This document shows positions 59,623 to 64,000 of a DNA stretch of 64,000 bases, in pieces. Numbering within the stretch: the stretch's first letter is position 1; every line of letters starts with the position of its first letter. The notes under the pieces are model-generated. The model ran no database searches, was not told the DNA's origin, and saw only the letters and a list, made by a program, of their open reading frames with translations. Origin of the DNA: the human T2T-CHM13v2.0 reference genome, Homo sapiens; assembly GCF_009914755.1 (NCBI RefSeq), contig NC_060936.1; one strand, 5' to 3'. Both the position numbers and the translations under genes were made by a program.

Positions 59623-61755
59623 ATTCATTTATTCATTCAACAATTATGTATTAAGTTTCTGATATGTGCCTAGCATCCTTCTAGATATTAGGGATATGAT
59701 AGTAATAAAAACAATAATCTTTGTCACCCATGGGTCTTATAGACTGAAAGGGTCAGACAGGTAGAAACAGATATATTTTATATTTAATATATTTTTAAGT
59801 ACATATTAGCAAAATACATAGTATGGAATGTGATATGATAAAGACTATAAAAAATAGCTGTTTATTCTGTTGATAATTTCTCTTGCTGCGTAGAAGCTCT
59901 TTAGTTTAATTAGGTTCCACTTGTCAAGTTCTGTTTTTGTTGCAACTGATTCTGAGGACTTAGCCATGAATTCTTTGCCAAGGCTGATATTGAGAAGCAT
60001 ATTTCCTAGGTTGTCTTCTAGGATTTTTATAGTTGAAGTTTTACATTTAAGTCTTCAATCCATCTTGAGTTAATTTTTATATATGGTGATAGGTAGGAGT
60101 ACAGATTCATTCTTCTGCATATGGATAGCCAGTTATCCCGGCACCATTTGTTGAGTTGGATAATTGGAGAAAATATTCACAAACCATGTATCCAACAAAG
60201 GTCTAATATTCGGAATCTATAAGGAACTTAACAAAATAACAAGCAAAAAACCTCAACCCTATTAAAAAGGAGACAAAGACATGAACAGACACTTCTCAAA
60301 AGAAGACATACAAGTGGCAACAAACATATGAAAACATGCTTCTCATTATTAATTATCAGAGAAATGCCAATCAAAATGACAATGAGATATCATCTCATGC
60401 CAGTCAGTGTGGCTTTTGTTAAAAAGTAAAAAAAAAAAAAAAACAATGTTGGCAAGGCTATGGAGAAAAGAGAACACCTATACGCTGCTGGTGGGAACGT
60501 AAATTAATTCAGCAACTGCGGAGAACAGTTTGGTGATTTCTCAAAAAACTAAGAGTTGAACTACCATTCAACCCAGAAATCTCATAACTAGGTACATATC
60601 AATGAATGAATCAGTCTACCAAAAAGATACGTGTACCTGTATCATTCTACCAAAAAGACAAATGCACATTGCATACAGTGAATGTTGCACTATTCACAAT
60701 AGCAAAGATGTGGAATCAACCCAGATGCCCATCAATACTGTGTTGAATAAAGAAAATGCGGTACAACATACACCATGGGATTCTATGCAGCCATAAAAAG
60801 AATGAAACTGTGTTCTTTGCAGCAATATGGATGCAACTGGAAACCATTATCCTACTCACTAATGCAGAAACAGAAAACCAAATGCTCCATGTTCTCACTT
60901 ATAAGTGGGAGATAAATATTAGGTAAAAGTGGAGATAAAGATGGGAACAGTAGACACTGAGGAATATAAGAGAGAGGAGAGAGTAAGGAGGACAAAGTTA
61001 GAAAAACTACCTATTGGAAGATGGATTTAGTCATACTTTAAACCTCAGCATTATGCAATATGTCTTTTTAAATAATTCTGCACATGTACCCCATGATTCT
61101 AAAATAAAAGTTATAAAAAGGATGAAAAATAAAAATGAAACAGGAATAAATGCAGTAAATGGAGAGTGTTTGGGATTTTGTTAAAGCAGTCAATAAAGAC
61201 CACATTGAGTGATGTGAATAAAGGTCTCAAGAGGCAAAGCAATAAGTCGTGAAGCTGGGCAGATACGCAGAAAAAAAGTGATCCTGGCCATAAGAAGATG
61301 ATGTGCAAAGGATCTACAAAGGAAGCATTCTTGGTATCTTCCAGGACATCAAGAAAGACAAGCATAGTGTGAGTGAGTGAGCAAGGAGAAGAATCATGGG
61401 AGCCAAGGTTAGTCAGGAAGCTAACAAGAGAACAGATCAAAGGAGACCTTCAAGTTCATCCTCTACTCAGAGTAAGGCAGGAAGCCACTGGAAGGTTTTG
61501 AGTAAAGAAAATCAACATGATCTGATCCAAATGTTAACATGATGATTCTCATTGTTGTGTTAAGGATAGACAGAAAAAGACTTAGGCAGGAATAGAACAG
61601 GTTAGGAGGCTATAGCCATAATCAAGTCATGAGAGACTGGTCCAAGTGAGTGTTACAATGATAGCGATGAGAATTGGTTTTATTAACTAGGCATTTTGAA
61701 AATAGAGAAAAATTGATTTTTGGGGAGAGAGATGGAGATGTCATTTAATTATATT
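59623..61755 (-). mobile_element. L2a, split by the L1 at 59858-61125
   Basis: attcatttattcattcaacaattatgtattaag...tgtgcctagcat; resumes after 61130 (tgtgcaaagg, ggaagccactggaaggttttgag). Confidence 0.75.
59858..61125 (+). mobile_element. 5'-inverted LINE-1 (L1PA15/16-like): inverted arm ~59858-60154 (-), sense arm ~60159-61125 (+)
   Basis: Antisense ORF2 piece (agaagctctttagtttaattagg...gcaccatttgttga), followed by the adjacent downstream ORF2 sequence in sense, 3'UTR and A-rich tail. Confidence 0.85.
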
Positions 61756-61774
61756 GGAAAAAAACGCTGCTCTC

Positions 61775-62675
61775 GAGGAGCCAAGATGGCCGAATAGGAA
61801 CAGCTCCGGTATACAGCTCCCAGAGTGAGTGACGCAGAAGACGGGTGATTTCTGCATTTCCATCTGAGGTACCGGGTTCATCTCACTAGGGAGTGCCAGA
61901 CAGTGGGCGCAGGTCAGTGGGTGCGCACACCGTGCGCGAGCCGAAGCAGGGCGAGGCATTGCCTCACTTGGGAAGCGCAAGGGTCAGGGAGTTCCTTTTC
62001 CGAGTCAAAGAAAGGGGTGACGGATGCACCTGGAAAATCGGGTCACTCCCACCCAAATACTGCGCTTTTCAGACCGGCTTAAAAAACGGTGCACCACGAG
62101 ATTATATCCCGCACCTGGATCCGAAGGTCCTACGCCCACGGAGTCTCGCTGATTGTTAGCACCGCAGTCTGAGATCAAACTGCAAGGCGGCAGGGAGGCT
62201 GGGGAAGGGGCGGCCGCCATTGCCCAGGCTTCCTTAGGTAAACAAAGCAGCCGGGAAGCTCGAACTGGGTGGAGCCCACCACAGCTCAAGGAGGCCTGCC
62301 TGCCTCTGTAGGCTCCACCTCTGGGGTCAGGGCACAGACAAACAAAAAGACAGCAGTAACCTCTGCAGACTTAAATGTCCCTGTCTGACAGCTTTGAAGA
62401 GAGCAGTGGTTCTCCCAGCACGCAGCTGGAGATCTGAGAACGGGCAGACTGCCTCCTCAAGTGGGTCCCTGACCCCTGACCCCCGAGCAGCCTAACTGGG
62501 AGGCACCCCCCAGCAGGGGCACACTGACACCTCACACGGCAGGGTATTCCAACAGACCTGCAGCTGAGGGTCCTGTCTGTTAGAAGGAAAACTAACAAAC
62601 AGAAAGGACATCCACACCAAAAACCCATCTGTACATCACCATCATCAAAGACCAAAAGTAGATAAAACCACAAAG
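61775..62675. promoter_or_regulatory. L1 5'UTR: sense internal promoter (YY1 site caagatggcc, 61782-61791), CpG island and antisense promoter
   Basis: YY1 motif and high CpG density seen directly. Promoter functions are inferred from established L1 biology. Confidence 0.8.
62005..62220 (-). CDS. ORF0: LINE-1 ORF0, full-length 71 aa
   Basis: MAAAPSPASLPPCSLISDC...RFSRCIRHPFL*, the last 71 aa of track ORF 62005-62289. ATG at 62220 in context gcaATGg. Expression unproven. Confidence 0.85.
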   Translation of the reverse strand: MAAAPSPASLPPCSLISDCGANNQRDSVGVGPSDPGAGYNLVVHRFLSRSEKRSIWVGVTRFSRCIRHPFL

Positions 62676-63692
62676 ATGGGGAAAAAACAGAACAGAAAAA
62701 CTGGAAACTCTAAAACGCAGAGCGCCTCTCCTCCTCCAAAGGAACGCAGTTCCTCACCAGCAACGGAACAAAGCTGGATGGAGAATGACTTTGACGAGCT
62801 GAGAGAAGAAGGCTTCAGATAATCAAATTCCTCTGAGCTACGGGAGGACATACAAACCAAAGGCAAAGAAGTTGAAAACTTTGAAAAACATTTAGAAGAA
62901 TGTATAACTAGAATAACCAATACAGAGAAGTGCTTAAAGGAGCTGAAGGAGCTGAAAACTAAGGCTCGAGAACTACGTGAAGAATGCAGAAGCCTCAGGA
63001 GCCGATGCGATCAACTGGAAGAAAGGGTATCAGCAATGGAAGATGAAATGAATGAAATGAAGCGAGAAGGGAAGTTTAGAGAAAAAAGAATAAAAAGAAA
63101 TGAGCAAAGCCTCCAAGAAATATGGGACTATGTGAAAAGACCAAATCTACGTCTGATTGGTGTACCTGAAAGTGATGGGGAGAATGGAACCAAGTTGGAA
63201 AACACTCTGCAGGATATTATCCAGGAGAACTTCCCCAATCTAGCAAGGCAGGCCAACATTCAGATTCAGGAAATACAGAGAACGCCACAAAGATACTCCT
63301 CGAGAAGAGCAACTCCAAGACACATAATTGTCAGATTCACCAAAGTTGAAATGAAGGAAAAAATGTTAAGGGCAGCCAGAGAGAAAGGTTAGGTTACCCA
63401 CAAAGGGAAGCCCATCAGACTAACAGCAGATCTCTCAGCAGAAACCCTACAAGCCAGAAGAGAGTGGGGGCCAATATTCAACATTCTTAAAGAAAAGAAT
63501 TTTCAACCCAGAATTTCATATCCAGCCAAACTAAGCTTCATAAGTGAAGGAGAAATAAAATACTTTACAGACAAGCAAATGCTGAGAGATTTTGTCACCA
63601 CCAGGCCTGCCCTAAAAGAGCTCCTGAAGGAAGCGCTAAACATGGAAAGGAACAACCGGTACCAGCTGCTGCAAAATCATGCCAAAATGTAA
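62676..63692 (+). pseudogene. L1 ORF1, full 338-codon frame with two nonsense codons
   Basis: ATG GGG AAA AAA CAG start. TAA at 62820-62822 (codon 49) and TAG at 63390-63392 (codon 239). Normal stop at 63690-63692. Confidence 0.93.
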
Positions 63693-63755
63693 AGACCATC
63701 GAGACTAGGAAGAAACTGCATCAACTAACGAGCAAAATCACCAGCTAACATCATA

Positions 63756-64000
63756 ATGACAGGATCAAATCACACATAACAATATTAACTTTAAATGTAA
63801 ATGGACTAAATGCTCCAATTAAAAGACACAGACTGGCAAATTGGATAAAGAGTCAAGACCCATCAGTATCCTGAATTCAGGAAACCCATCTCACGTGCAG
63901 AGACACACATAGCCTCAAAATAAAAGGATGGAGGAAGACCTACCAAGCAAATGGAAAACAAAAAGAGGCATGGGTTGCAATCCTAGTCTCTGATAAAACA
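63756..64000 (+). pseudogene. L1 ORF2 N-terminus (endonuclease), frameshifted
   Basis: 1-nt deletion near 63770 (ggatcaaatcac versus ggatcaaattcac in the paralog at ~52617) and TGA at 63872-63874. Confidence 0.85.

Larger units (their letters stand above)
61775..64000 (+). mobile_element. young 5'-intact LINE-1 (L1PA2-like), truncated by the window end
   Basis: gaggagccaagatggccgaatagg start, CpG-rich ~900-bp 5'UTR, ORF1, inter-ORF spacer, ORF2 ATG at 63756. Confidence 0.96.

Noticed and set aside
61775-64000. Retrotransposition-competent L1
   Set aside because: As sequenced, ORF1 has two nonsense codons and ORF2 is frameshifted.

Overview
AT-rich, gene-poor primate genomic DNA, most likely great ape or human. 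Roughly half or more of the window is LINE-1 by rough sum, and I find no supportable host protein-coding exon. The long ORFs are L1 ORF1/ORF2 or ERV remnants, or their antisense shadows. Main contents: (1) seven L1PA-type insertions, three of them 5'-inverted (twin priming), plus a short nested L1PA 3' piece. One is a young, 5'-intact L1PA2-like copy running off the right edge, with dead ORF1/ORF2 but an intact 71-aa antisense ORF0. (2) A two-LTR class III provirus (LTR47/ERVL47-like, minus strand, about 23.5-34.0 kb) with a tRNA-Arg-type PBS, decayed gag/pro/RT/IN and an apparent env transmembrane stub. It sits inside an old L1 5'UTR and is itself interrupted by an L1PA. (3) Alus, THE1/MLT2/MLT1/LTR16 LTRs, Tigger2a, and L2/MIR/L3 fragments. 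(4) Several templated-repair scars: perfect micro-duplications, a nested palindrome and an in-frame repeat patch inside L1 ORF2. I see no convincing new biological system. The best leads are the env stub, the ORF0/antisense-promoter locus and the repair-scar cluster at 42.8-44.6 kb. Subfamily names come from recalled consensus sequences and need RepeatMasker/Dfam confirmation.
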